A DNA stretch of 63,589 nucleotides, counting the filler, from Octopus bimaculoides (taxonomy: Eukaryota), in the NCBI RefSeq assembly GCF_001194135.2. It is 6 parts of 6 records of this genome, joined end to end, with 100 filler letters (N's around TTAATTAATTAA, not from the genome) between each part and the next. Parts side by side here need not be neighbours in the genome. Positions count along the whole stretch, not along the records: positions 26,972 to 58,505 come from NC_069008.1; 5 more parts are not named here. One strand, 5' to 3'. Below the pieces are notes generated by a model that was given only the letters and a program-made list of their open reading frames with translations, ran no database searches and was not told where the DNA came from. The translations under genes and the position numbers were made by a program. Position 1 is the stretch's first letter. Each line of letters starts with the position of its first letter. Below, piece after piece: positions 37,996 through 51,370 of the stretch.

Positions 37996-38978
37996 TATTG
38001 CTCTTAACCCTTCGTTAGTCACCTGACCTTTCTGAACGTGGTTAGCCACATTTTTTTAACCTGTTGAAGACACCCAAGATGTCAAAACATCGTTCACTAG
38101 ATGACAAAGGCACACTTCTTTTAATTTTGACTCTATATCTTCAGGAAGAGTTACCTCAATCTTTTATATATTAACCAAAATAAAGTAGATTGACAAAATT
38201 ATTTTTTTAACCTGTTGAAGACACACAAGATGTCAAAATATCGTTCACTAGATGACAAAGGCACTCTTCTTTTAATTTTGACTCTATAGTGCCGCTGGAC
38301 TGGCTCCTGTGCAGGTGGCACGTAAAATACATCATTTTGAGCATGGCCGTTGCCAGTACCGCCTGACTGGCCTTTGTGCCGGTGGCATGTAAAAGCACCC
38401 ACTACACTCTCGGAGTGGTTGGCGTTAGAAAGGGCATCCAGCTGTAGAAACTCTGCCAAATCAGATTGGAGCCTGGTGCAGCCTTCTGGCTTCATCAGTC
38501 CTCAGTCAAATCGTCCGATCCATGCTAGCATGGAAAGCGGACGTTAAACGATGATGGTGATTATTATTATTATTGTTATCATCATTTTTTAAGGTGTTGA
38601 GCTGGCAGAATTGTTAACACACCAGAAAAATGCTTTGCAGCATTTCATCCATTTTTATCTGAGTTCAAATTCTGCTAAGGTCGACTTTATCTTCCGTCCT
38701 TTTGGGGATCAATGAAATAAGTACCAGTTACATACTGAGATGTGTATGTATAGATAGATATATATATAAATAAATATATGTATGTATATATATATGTATG
38801 TGTATACATATTTGATGCTAATTTATTTTCTAAATACCAACTTAAGAATGACAAAGTTATGTTACTAAATTCTTCATAATTTCCAAAATATTTGAAGCAA
38901 AGACAGTGTATTTTGGCAGAAATACAATAACAGGATACTAATATTATGTAATAATGTCCTGCATTTTGTTTGTATTAC

Positions 38979-39144
38979 TGACCTTCAACAATTGGTAACC
39001 TTTGACCTCCTATGTATGGTAACCTTTGACCTCCTTTGATTGGTAACCTTTGACCTCCTGTGATTGGTAACCTTTGACCTCCTATGATTGGTAACTTTCG
39101 ACCTCCTTTGATCGGTAGCCCTCGACCTCTTTTGACCGGTAGCG
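38979..39144. repeat. 24-bp minisatellite, about 6.5 units
   Basis: Unit ATTGGTAACCTTTGACCTCCTNTG starting at 38991, 39015, 39039, 39063, 39087, 39111, 39135. Confidence 0.95.
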
Positions 39145-39219
39145 TTTGCTTTTTCTTACTAGTGGCCTTCATTAATTGTTACCTTTCGTTAATTAGTGAT
39201 TGTTGTTGTTGTGTTTCAG

Positions 39220-41182
39220 GTGAGGAAGAAATCGACGAAACTTCGAGAAATGGAGGAGTTTGAAGAAATTGAAAAGAAGCAGACGACCACCAAAAAAGTG
39301 CCAACAGAACCCCTAAAGAAAGGAAAGAGTCAGCTTGGAGGTACCCCTTCAACATCCCCTGTCAGTCCAAAAAAGATGAAACCTTCCAAATCGAAAGAAC
39401 TTGGCCAAACTGGTTCTGTGATTTCCCCGAAAAGCTCTGATGAAACCTCTCCGAAGGGCAGCGTCATCAAATTCCTGCTGAGTTCACCAATGCAGCCAGC
39501 CACTCCATCGCTGCTGGGCAGCAGCGTTGGTCACTCATCTTCAAAGGGCAAAGATAAGTCTGAAACAAGCTTGCTGACCGAGCATATTTCCCTGGTGAAG
39601 AAAACCCCTAAATCAAGCAAGTCGAAAGCAGCCGACAACATCGCTCTTTTGAAGTCCCTCACCAGTACTTCATCTGGCAAGTCAGCGAGAAAGAAGGGCG
39701 AACAGGACCTGAAGTTCCGACTGATGGTCGGATCGGGTTCCTTGCTGTCGTCAGCATCCAGTACTGTAAGTGCTTCAAATACAAGCTCCACTACGAGTCC
39801 AAAACTGTCTGGGGATGCTTCCACAACAATTCATTCAGACAGCGGAGGTTCGAAGGATGGCAGTTTGAAGATGAAATTCATTCTGTCCCCTAAGGACAAA
39901 AGTTCTGTCAAGTCTTTGAGCAGTGGCGGCGCTGCGAGTAGTGGAAGTGACAAGAAGAAATCTTCAGATAACCATGTCCCAACAATTCCAAAGACCATCG
40001 TTGAGGCCAAGTCGCTATCAAGCAGCAGCAAAACGTCCATCGCCACAATCCCTTCCATAATTCCAATACCCGTGCCAAAGGTGGTCCCTATTCCAAAGCC
40101 AGTGCCCACAACAGGAACAAGGAAAGTGGCAGTCACCAAGTCAATAGTCATCCCAAAACTGAACCCAAGCCCCCGCGTGATCTCAACGCCGGCTCCGAAG
40201 ACCATTCCCGGCACAAAAGTGATCCCTGACACAAAGGAGCTTCCAAAAGTGAAGCCCATTGACAAACCTGTTGCCGAGGTAAAGACCATACCGATCCCCA
40301 TCCCCACCACCTTGACGACCACTTCTTCAAGTAGCAGCTCCCTCGTGAAGCCTGTTGATACCAACATCAAAGTTGTCCCCGTCCCAAAGGCTTCGTTGCC
40401 CCCAACGAAAATCATTACTGTTAAGAAGACTGTGAGCGCGAAAGGGAGCTCAGCTCAGAGCAAGTCTACAGGAGGGACCCCTGTGAGTGGTAAACAGAAA
40501 GGTTCCACAACAAAGAGTTCAGCAACCCCAAAGTCATCCACTGGTTTATCGACAAAATCCCCGTCGTCTTCCTCATCATCATCATCATCATCTACAGCAG
40601 CAGCAGCATCATCAGCACAGCCACAAGCCCCACAACAACAACAACCAGCATCATCATCATCCTCATCATCATCATCATCATCAAAGCCACAATCCCTTCT
40701 CCCCCCAATAAAGAAAGCCATGTCATCTTTATCGTCAGCAACATCACTATTTCTGTCATCATCATCATCGCTAGATGTGCCCGAAAAGAAGACAAAGAAA
40801 GTGAAGAAGAAAAAGAACAGTGCTGCCCTCGCGTCAGCAAAGGCCGGTGCTGCCACGACGACACCGGCGGTCAAAGGCGGCCAGACCGGCTCTGTGAAGG
40901 CGACAAGTGGCGGAGGCACACAAAAGTCTCCAGCTCATGCCTCCGGGACAGTGAAGGTCAAGGCCAAAGCAGAGACCACTGACCTCAGTAAATACGACTT
41001 CACTGATGAACCGAGCCTGGTGATTGCGGAACAGCAGGGCTCGAGTTCAAAGCACGCAGCAACACCGAAAACAAAGAAGTCCAGCTCAGGGACCAGTGCC
41101 AGCTCTGGTGGAAGTAGCGGCAAAAGTTCCAGCAAGAAAGCCAAGGTGGACGTTGACCAGACAAAAACAAAACAGAAAGATG
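39220..41182 (+). CDS. HMGXB4: HMGXB4-like exon 3 (1963 nt, Ser/Lys/Pro-rich low-complexity region)
   Basis: gtttcag|GTG AGG; inside the 682-aa ORF; donor GAT G|gtgtgt; contains LKMKFILSPK, resembling the KMKLILSPK motif I recall from vertebrate HMGXB4. Confidence 0.88.
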
Positions 41183-42339
41183 GTGTGTATACATATTATT
41201 TTAACATACATATTTGTTGTTGTTATTGTTTAACCCCAGGTTGACCCTGGTCCAGCAGACCTCTATAATCATAGAGGTTCCAAATACGACATCATCTTTT
41301 ATTCAGACATAGTATATCTTGGACTACATTAGCTAATGTATCTTCCCTTCCTTGTTGTTTAACCCCAGTTCAGCCCAGATCTAACAGACCTATGATCAAA
41401 AGAGTTCCAGCCATGATCATCCAGAGTTTATTTAGTGAGTATATCTAGGACAGTAGATGTTACTATCCTGTTTTTATTCAGGTATAGTATATCTAGGACT
41501 ACATTTTCTAATATGTCCTTCCTTGTAGTTGTTATGTAGCCTCTAGTGGAGGTGCAATGGCCAAGTGGTTAGGGCAGCAGACTCGCGGTCATAGGATCGC
41601 GGTTTCGATTCCCAGACCGGGCGTTGTGAGTGTTTATTGAGCGAAAACACCTAAAGCTCCACGAGGTTCCGGCAGGGGATGGNNNNNNNNNNGTGTTTAT
41701 TGAGCGAAAACACCTAAAGCTCCACGAGGTTCCGGCAGGGGATGGTGGCGAACCCTGCTGTACTCTTCCACCACAACTTTCTCTCGCTCTTACTTCCTGT
41801 TTCTGTTGTGCCTGCAATTCAAAGGGTCCAGCCTTGTCCCACACTGCCACGCTGAATATCCCCCGAGAACTACGTTAAGGGCACACGTGTCTGTGGAGTG
41901 CTCAGCCACTTGCACGTTAATTTCACGAGCAGGCTGTTCCGNNNNNNNNNNAGTGCTCAGCCACTTGCACGTTAATTTCACGAGCAGGCTGTTCCGTTGA
42001 TCGGATCAGCTGGAACCCTTGACGTCGTAAGCGACGGAGTGCCAGCAACGATGTGTAGCCTCAGGTCAGGCCAGATGTAGCAGACCTACGATGAAAGATG
42101 TTAGTGAAGGCACATGACTTCGTGGTTAAGGCAATCAGCTCACAATCTTAAGGTCATAAGTTCAATTCCCGATGGCGTGTTGTGTCCTTGAGCAAGACAC
42201 TTTATTTCGCGTTGCTCCAGTCCACTCAGCTGGCGAAAATGAGTAGTACCTGTAATTCAAAGGGCTGACCTTGTCACACTGAAAATAAGACAGGATGTGC
42301 AAGTGTATTTATATTATGTTTTCCTCTTTTTACATACAG

Positions 42340-42491
42340 AAGTTCCAGCTCTAATGCCAACACTTGGTGCTGCTTTAGTCGGAAATCAAAATGCATTAGC
42401 AAGTCCCCCCTCGAAAACGAAACAGTCTTCTGATAAAAAATCTAAGAAATCTAAGAAGTCATCAGAGAAAGAAGATCCCACTGCTGCTAAG
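42340..42491 (+). CDS. HMGXB4: HMGXB4-like exon 4
   Basis: atacag|AA GTT ... AAG|gtagga; phase 1 to 0; Lys-rich KKSKKSKKSSEKE. Confidence 0.82.
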
Positions 42492-43667
42492 GTAGGAATT
42501 TTAACTACACACACACACACACACACACACACATTTAGGTCCTGAATATATTTGGACAAATTTGTTTTCTGACAAATTTGTGTCTAGTTGGAATACAGAA
42601 AGTGTATAAGTGTTGATTGTATCTTAGTTTGAAAAGGATCACAGTTAAATCAATATAATTTTGGGTGATTGAATCACATAAGAGTTAGACTCCCTTGTTG
42701 GCAAGATGTTGCTCTTATTGTTGAAGTGATAATAATTTTTGTTGTTTTCTTGTATGTGTATATGCACACAAATGTAGATGCGTGTGTGTTAGAGATCACG
42801 TTTTTCCTGGCTCTCTTTCTCTTTTCCTCCAGTGTTTCTCCTTCTCCCTGGACTTATATTGTCATCGTTTAACGTCTGCTTTCCATGCTGGCATGGGTTG
42901 GACGGTTTGACTGAGGGCTGGCAAGCCAGGAGGCTGCACCAGGCTCTAATCTGATCTGGCAGAGTTTCTACANNNNNNNNNNAGGAGGCTGCACCAGGCT
43001 CTAATCTGATCTGGCAGAGTTTCTACAGCTGGATGCCCTTCCTAACGCCAACCACTCCAAGAGTGTAGTGGGTGCTTTTTACATGCCAGTCAGGCAGTAC
43101 TGGCATCGACCATGCTCAAGTGGAGCTGTTTAAGTGCCACCGGCACAGGAGCCAGTCTGGCAGCACCGACAACGACCATACTTGAATGGTGTTTTTTATG
43201 TGCCACTGGCACGGGAGCCAATAATATGTATATATGTGTGAGTGTGTGTGTTTGTGTAAGAAGCTCGCTTTATAACACATGGTTTGGGGTTCAGTCCCAC
43301 TGTGTGGCACTTGGACAAGAGTCTTCTACTATAGCCCCAGGCTGAGCAAAGCCTTGTGAATGAATTTGGTTGGCAGAAACTGAAAGAATCCCATCATATG
43401 TGTGTTTGTGTGTGTGTGTTCACCACCACCATTGCTTGACAAACAGTGGTGTTGTGTTTACATCCTTGTAACTTAGCAGTTCAGCAAAAGAGACCAATAG
43501 AATAAGTACCAAGTTTTAGAAATGTAAGTACTGTTTCCAATGCATTCAACTAAAAATTCTTCAGGGAGTTACTCCAGCATGGCCACAGTCTGATTGAAAC
43601 AAATAAAAGATATATATGTGTGTATGTAGGTATAAATATATAAATAAACAATTTTTTCATTTTTCAG

Positions 43668-43755
43668 CCTGCCAAGAAGCGCCGAGCCCTTACCGCCTAC
43701 ATGCTCTGGTGTAATAGCTACAGAAACAAGGTCCTCTCAGAAAACCCTAAACTCG
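43668..43755 (+). CDS. HMGXB4: HMGXB4-like exon 5, HMG box helix 1
   Basis: ttttcag|CCT ... CTC G|gtaagc; PAKKRRALTAYMLWCNSYRNKVLSENPKL matches the HMG-box consensus. Confidence 0.92.
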
Positions 43756-43899
43756 GTAAGCTAGCATCTTACAGTCAAATCCCGTTATGACCAACCCCAC
43801 ATTACTTCCGTTTTTCTTCCGTCTTTACTTACATCCTTGGATTCTACATCATCGAATGGCACTAACCTATTGGAATATCCAAAGGCCCATCAAGCCAAG

Positions 43900-44530
43900 T
43901 GAAATAGCAGCCGAGGCTGATGCCTGGAGCATGTAACTGGCACCTGTACTGGTGGCACATAAAAAGCACCCTTCAAAATTTGGGCCTCATCGTGGCCATG
44001 ACAAGTGACCGAAACCTTTGACAAATATACTGTGCTTGAGAAGACGTGTCGAGTCAAGCGAGATCGTAGTCATGGCTGATGCCAATGTTGCACAACTGGC
44101 ACCCGTACCAGTGGCACATAAAAATCACCCACTACCCTCTTGGAGTGGTTGGCATTAGGAAGGGCGTCCAGCTGTAGAAACCATGCCATATCAGATTGGT
44201 GCTGCTCCCCAGTTCTCATTCAAACCGTCCAACCCATGCCAGCATGTGGGGCCTCACGGAGCCTATGACTAGTGACCGAGACCTCTGCCAATATGCTGTG
44301 CTTGAGAAGACCTGTCAAGCCAAGTGAAATCATAGTCGTGGCTGTTGCCGGTGTCATGTAAATGGTACCTGTGCCAGTGACACGTAAAAGGCACCCACTA
44401 TACTCTTGGAATGGTTGGCATTTAGACAGGCGTCCAGCCATATAAACCATGCCAAATCAGACTGGAGTCTGGTGCCACTTATCAGTTTTTCAGTCAAGCC
44501 ATCTAACCCATACCAGCATGGAAAACAGAC
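43900..44530 (+). mobile_element. LINE/SINE-like 3' end repeat with (GAT)n tail (RTE-like, tentative)
   Basis: Shared GGTTGGCGTTAGGAAGGGCATCCAGC..CCAACCCATGCTAGCATGGAAAGCGGACGTTAAACGATGATG; also 38290-38560, 42865-43215 (-), 44615-44826 (-), 46060-46315, 50485-50900 (-). Confidence 0.65.
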
Positions 44531-45326
44531 ATTAATTGGTAATGATGATTTAATCTGGGTTTAATCCTTTAGCATCCAGATTATTTTATCCAATGTAATG
44601 CTTAATTCTTCACATCATCATCGTTTAACGTCCGCTTTCCATGCTAGCATGGGTTGGACGATTTGACTGAGGACTGGCGAACCAGATGGCTACACCAGGC
44701 GCCAATCTGATTTGGCAGAGTTTCTACAGCTGGATGCCCTTCCTAACGCCAACCACTCCAAGAGTGTAGTGGGTGCTTTTACATGCCACCGGCACGAGGG
44801 CCAGTCAGGCGGTACTGGCAACGGCCAGTTTTGAATTAATCAAGCGTTATCTTCATAGCTTATAATACATTATCTCATAACTTCGAAGCCACCAGAAGAG
44901 AAAATGACCAGAAGAAGTCAAACGACAGGAGAGAAAAGGTTGACAAAATCAGCGTCGTCCTTTACCAACATTGCTATGCAGTCAATGCTGCTATGTAAGA
45001 ATTGGTCTGCAGAGTCATCATCACCATAAAAGGAAGTGTTTAGCGAAGAAGAAAATAAATATTCGGATACAAGATAAAGCTGACAATGACAGCGATCTCA
45101 TAGCTGCAAAGTTTTGACAATGTGATTGTATGTCTCATTAATGACATTTTAGGATAGGCGTGAGAGGCCAGATCTGGCCAGCTTCAACATAAAACATGTA
45201 GAATATTTAGGCTGAGCATGGCTGGGTATTTGGACTGGTTCAAATGTTAAAGGGTTGATTGATTTTCTTTTTTTCTTTCTTTTTCTTTTTTTTTTTTCTT
45301 TTATCCATGGTCATTCTTTTTTCCAG

Positions 45327-45391
45327 ATTTTGCTCAAATTAGTCGAAGGCTTGGAGAAATATGGCAAAGCCTGTCTGAAAAAGAGAAGCTG
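45327..45391 (+). CDS. HMGXB4: HMGXB4-like exon 6, HMG box helices 2-3
   Basis: tttccag|AT TTT ... CTG|gtgaga; DFAQISRRLGEIWQSLSEKEKL. Confidence 0.92.
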
Positions 45392-45434
45392 GTGAGATCA
45401 TTATTATTATTATTATTGTTATTATTATTAATAT

Positions 45435-45655
45435 GGTGGCAAACTGGCAGAATCATTAGCACGCCAGGCGAAATCCTTCCCAGTATTTCGCCCGTCTTTA
45501 TATATATTCTGAGTTCAAGTGTTGTCGAGGTCGACTTTGCCTTTTATTCTTTCAGGGTCGATAAATTAAGTACCAGTTGCATACTGGGGTCGATCTAATC
45601 GACTGGCCCCCTCCCCCAAAATTTCAGGCCTTGTGCCTATAGTAGAAAGGATTAT
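45435..45655 (+). mobile_element. SINE family 1 (most abundant), representative full copy
   Basis: tRNA-like head, core GAGTTCAA..GAGGTCGACTTTGCCTTT..GGGGTCGATAAATTAAGTACCAG, (ATT)n tail; more than 20 copies in the window (e.g. 505-800, 15846-16030, 19820-20010, 36680-36825, 38592-38738, 45708-45880). Confidence 0.85.
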
Positions 45656-45657
45656 TA

Positions 45658-45695
<38 letters not shown>

Positions 45696-47736
45696 TTCCT
45701 CCTAAATCGGTGAGCTGGCAGAACTCAGAACTGTTAACACACTGGACAAATATACTTAGTGGCATTTCATCTGTCTTATGTTCTGGGTTCAAATTCCACC
45801 AAGGTCAACTTTGCCTATCATTCTTTCAGGATCAATAAAATAAGTACCAGTCATGTCCTGGGGATCAATGTAACTTTACCCCACTAAATTCCTAAGAAAG
45901 CAGCACATGCCATCAAAATGATGCTGGGGTACAAATATAGAAAGCCCATTATACCCATCATGACTACCCATCTGACTTGGCATAACCTCATCAGATGGGT
46001 ATAATCCAAACAGGGTCAATGCCAGCCCCCTCAGGCTTCCAAAAGCACCATCCAAATATGGTCGATGCCAACCCCCTCTGGCCCCTGTCTCAGTGGCATA
46101 TAAAAAGCACCTACTACACTCTCTGAATGGTTGGCGTTAGGAAGGGCACCCAGCTGTAGAAACACTGCCAGGTCAGATTGGGGCCTGGTGCAGCCACCTG
46201 GCTTCTCAGATCCCCAGTTGAACCGTCCAACCCATGCCAGCATGGAAAGCGGACGTTAAACNNNNNNNNNNGCATGGAAGGCGAACGTTAAACGATGATG
46301 ATGATGATGATGATCTTCAGTGAAGTCTTTTTGGGTTAAATAATCTCTCTCTTCTATTTGAACTTTGAAATTTATAAACATATTAATTGTATACCAAAGC
46401 TTGTTCTTCAACTGAGTTATCCATAATCTATTACTGGCATTTATTGTATCAGTTCCAAATAGATGTAAAGTAAAATCAACTCGTGTTTAAGGACAAATTA
46501 AACACAGTAAAGTATTTAATTTAATATTCAACTGTTTCTGCTAACTTGCTATCTAAAAAGTAGAAGGATGCAAATTCTAGTTTTCTGCTTGGATATATGG
46601 ATAACAAAGAAGAAAGCCAATGGTATTTAATGATTGCCTACAGTATTTATTTGCTTAATGTGCTACCTATACAGCATTCATTAGTATCTCTGTTATTTTT
46701 GTTGTTTAGTGCTAAGTCAGCTCTGATTGAGCATACATATCATTAAAGGCACTCTAGCCAGTGCCATTCCATATATTTAGTTATAGTTAATCTTAAACTA
46801 TACTTATTCATTGTGTCCTTTTTCTTAAGACATTCAGATGTGATTTAAGAGATTTAACTAGTATTTCTGGCAGAAAAAATGACCACTTTGTGGTTCTCTC
46901 ATTAGTGTGGTGCATTTGCATCTATGTAATTATGTGAGTTGGAAATGTGGGCTGAGAGTAAGGTGATTCAGGATATGATTCTTTCTAATTGAGGCACAAG
47001 GCCAGCAATTTTAGTGGGGGGGGGGGTAAGTTGATTTCTTCAACCCGTGCTTGACCTGTACCTTATTCTATCAACCCCAAAAGGGTGAAATCACAAACTT
47101 GACCTCGATGGTGTGATTCAGTATAATAATGATTCAAATGTATAAGTGACTAAGGTAAAATCAGAGACTACAATCTTAGGGCACAGATGAAGAAGGACCA
47201 GAATTATTAGAAATATTAATTTCCATCACAGTTAACCTCATGTACTAAATTATAAAATTATGAAGTATATGCCACAACTTATTACATTGTTGGAGGAACT
47301 ATATTATACAGTCCAATAATATAGCCACTGTAGAGTCTACATCATGGAGACCATTGAATACTGGGTTGTTATAGACGCACAAATTGTGTCATTGTTGAGT
47401 CCCATAAACTATTAAGCCACAATTGAGGTGTCTTTCTGTAGTGTATTTAACACAAGTTAGTCAAGAACATCCCAGCTTTCCAGATTTAAACTCAACAATG
47501 CAATTTTATGAAACACTTATTATTTAGAAGACTGTAGCATCTATAGTATCATCATTGTCATCATCATTGTTTAATGTCCACTTTTCCTTGCTTGCATGGG
47601 TTGGACAGAATTTATTGAGGCAGATTTTCTATAGCTGGATGCCCTTCCTGCTGCCAACACTCACTTCTTTGCATTATGGTGACACTCATTTACAACTACT
47701 CATGCAACATCAAGGTAAGGAGACAGTATCTCATAA

Positions 47737-47793
<57 letters not shown>

Positions 47794-48110
47794 CATANNN
47801 NNNNNNNTACATGTACAATACACTTCTCTCAGTTACTATCTACCAAATCCAATTACAAGACTTTATAAATAAACTGATATATTTGAGTGTTACCTTGGCT
47901 GTGGTCACTGAAATATCATGTGAACTGTTGAACTTTTTGTTTAGGGACTATCCTGCAAACTTAGCCAACTGCAACTGTAACAGAGTAAATTATTGCAGAA
48001 GTAAATTTATTTTAATTTTCTTTTTCTTAGTTTGATAATGTTAAATCAACAAGGTAAACTTGACCTTATCCTGATTTTAGTGTTAGTACCAAATTCACCA
48101 TCGTCACATC

Positions 48111-48144
<34 letters not shown>

Positions 48145-48555
48145 NNNNNNNNNNTCTCTCTCTCTCCTTCTCCCTCTCTCCCTCTCTCTCTCTCTGGAAG
48201 AAATGCAACAGTCAAAGCAAATAAAATAGTAATGGTTAAATGTGGTAGACAACACTATTTTGCAAGAAGTTAAATAGATTTTTACTTTCAAATCACTCAA
48301 CGGACAGCTATGACAAGTCATAATCAGATATCAGAATGTAATGGGGGATTTCTTTAATGCGTTGCATATATGTAATATAATATATAGTACTCAATGACAC
48401 TCTGCTCATCACTTTGGACACGCATAGAGAACAGACAACTATTATTGGAAACTAGCTTTTTATACATTTTGGAAAAGATGACATCAAGCTCAAAGGCTCT
48501 TTGTTGCCAGGTGTTCATAAACATAAGATTAACATCATATTCAAGTTAAAGAACT

Positions 48556-48783
48556 TTAACCCTTTAGTGTTCAGAATAATTTGTCAAAAGTAGTCCTTAT
48601 TTATTCACATTAAAAAAAAATTGTCTGATATTATTTTGTAGCTTCAAGATAGGAAAGATGTAATTGCTTATTTTTAGAATGACATTGCAGGGTAGGTGTG
48701 AGATGCTGGTTCTGGCCAGTTTGAGCATAAAATGTGTAGAATATTTGGGCCGGATACAGCCGGTTTAAACACTAAAGGGTTAA
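48556..48783. mobile_element. piggyBac-type MITE with TTAA duplication
   Basis: TTAA-CCCTTT ... AAAGGG-TTAA; related copies at about 44560-45255 (interrupted) and 63310-63560. Confidence 0.8.
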
Positions 48784-48866
48784 AGCAGCTATTGAAGGTG
48801 GTGGCAACAGCAATAGGTGGCAGAGATGTTGCTGCCGCTGCTGATCCTTGTAAACATTTCTGTGTG

Positions 48867-48912
<46 letters not shown>

Positions 48913-51151
48913 ACATCTTTCCAGTAAAAGCATTCATAAGACAGTTGTGTTCAATCTTTTGACTAACTCCTTGCTTTCTGATACTTTTCAAGACTTGACC
49001 ATGGCAAACAAAATATAAAAGAATCATTTAATTTCTCTATGATTAAATAATCATTTTACAACCTGACAACCATTCTGTTTGACATTGGTATAATTGGGAC
49101 AAATGCAATTCAGTCAACATGATTTATATCTCCCCTAAAAATAATTTCCTCCAGTAAGGTGTAGTAGATGCTATGGTAGCTTGACAAATTTTGTGAAACC
49201 ACAAGCAACAGCTATAATATTGACAGTAGTAACAGAAGCAGCAGCAGCAGCACATGCAGCAGCAGATATTGATTTTCTATTATTAGTGAAAGCATGGCTG
49301 CATGATCAAAAATTTTACTTCACAACCATATGGTTTCAGGTTCTATCTCAATGCATGACTCCTTGGATAAGCCTCTTCTATCATAGCCTTTGAATTATCA
49401 ATACCTTTTGAAATTTGATAGACAGAAGAAACTGTGTAAAGCCTTCTGTTGTGTGTATCTGCATGTATGTATGCTTGTATACACATATACATTCATACAC
49501 GCACACACAAACATATGTATTTATTTATGTGTGTGTGTATGTTAAACATTTTCCAGTGAAAATAATAACACACACAAGACAAAATGGAACCAACTTTAGT
49601 TTATAAGATGAAAGAATTAGAAGTGTCTTTGACACTTTAAGTTTAAGCACTTCTTGAAAAGATTAGTCTCTGCCGTGCAGTTTTAGCTATGTTATAATTG
49701 TAAGGTTCTTTCATCTCTTACTTCTTTCAGTTGTAAGTCTGTGGCCATACTGGGGCCCTGCCTTGAAGAATTTTTCATCGAATGAATTGACCTCACTTCT
49801 TTTTATTTAAGCCTGATACTTCTGTCTATCTCTTTTGCTGAACTGCTAAGTTATGGGACATAAGCACACCAGCACCTGTTGTCAAGTGGTGGTGGGGGAC
49901 AAACACAAAGACACACACACGCACACACACACTATAGGCTTCTTTTAAATTCCAGCTACCACGTCCACTCAAAGCTTTGGTCGGCCTGAGGCTAGAGTAG
50001 AAGGCACTTGCTCAAGGTGCCGTACAGTGAGACTGAACCTGGAACCGTGTGGCTGGGAAGTAAGCTTCTTACCACACAAACACTCCTCTATCAAGAAAGA
50101 TCAGCAGATGTTTAGAAATTTTTTTTTCTCTTGCTAACATGTATTTGATTCATGATATATGTCTTTGAGGTTAAATACATCACTTAATATCAGTAAATTT
50201 ATTCTCTTGCTGCAAGAAGGTTATGACATTTAAAGTGAAAATATACAACAGTGGTCCTGAACCCTTTTCACTGTGTGGTACAGGAGATAAAAATTTTTTT
50301 AAATAATTCCTGAAGCCCTTCATATGGAATGTAAAAGATTATTAGTGTACTTTGCATGGAAAAAAAACTGTTTTAAAGTTGAAAATTTAGAAATAAAAAT
50401 ATAGGAAACTATTGCCTATTTTGTTTCATTAGTCATATTTATGTACTACAAGCATTAGTATGAATTCTCAAAAGTCTTAAATTATCATCATCATTATTAA
50501 ACAGCTGTTTTCCATACTGGCATGGGTTGGATGTTTTGACATGGAGCTGTCCAGACTTCAATTGTCTGTTGTGGCATGATTTCTATGGCTGGATGCCCAT
50601 CCCTATGCCAACCACTTAACAAAGTGTGCTGGGTGCCTTTTATGTGCCACTGGCATGGATGCATTTATGCAGCACCAGCATGGGTGCATTTGCGCAGCAC
50701 TGGCATGGGTGCTTTTTATGTGGTACCAGCACCCGAGAGAACAAGCCTGTATGTATGGAAGACAGTGATTTTTCTTGGCTTGATATGTATTTTTAAGTAC
50801 AGTAAATTGCCACATTTCTCAGTACTTTGTCACTTCTTCAGTGAGACCCAGCGTCTGAAGATCCATTCTCACCACTGTGTTCCCCATCTTCCTGGGACTA
50901 CTCCTACCCCTTTCACAAATTCCCTCCACAATTAGAGCTCAGCACTTCTTTATGCAAAATCTGTAGCACATCATTTGAGAACCATTGATGTAAGGGCTGT
51001 AGGTTCAGTACACTAATCATTTAACTAGCATGTCCCTTTAAAAGATAATTTTGTGAGTAGTTGTTGTTTTGTCCAAAATCAACCCTGATTGAGCAGACCC
51101 ATACTCAAAGGCAATCCAGCTCATAACCATCTCATCTTTTGTTATCCACTA

Positions 51152-51370
51152 TTATGAGAAGGTGCTGAAAAGTTCCTGGCCTTGGGTAAAAGAAAATACA
51201 AGAGGTTCAGTTAATTATGATTTTACTTGACATATTCTCCTCTCAGATCCACACACTTACTGCAATGGTCTTTCAGTTTTTTTTTGTTTTTTTTTTTAGT
51301 TTTTCTAAACTCTGTAAAAGAACTCAGAAGGTTGGACCACCAACCAGGCCTTTCACGATACCCTTAAAGC
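51152..51370 (+). mobile_element. Mariner-type 5' terminal fragment
   Basis: TA-TGAGAAGGTGCTGAAAAGTTCCTGG resembles mariner TIR starts (TACGAGGG..CTGAAAAGT). Confidence 0.5.

Noticed and set aside
39531-41233. Several 60-190 aa ORFs antisense to or overlapping the big exon
   Set aside because: Shadow frames of low-complexity coding sequence.
41630-42000. Apparent short tandem duplications around 10-N gaps (also 42973, 46262)
   Set aside because: Flanks repeat exactly across the gap: unmerged contig overlaps.
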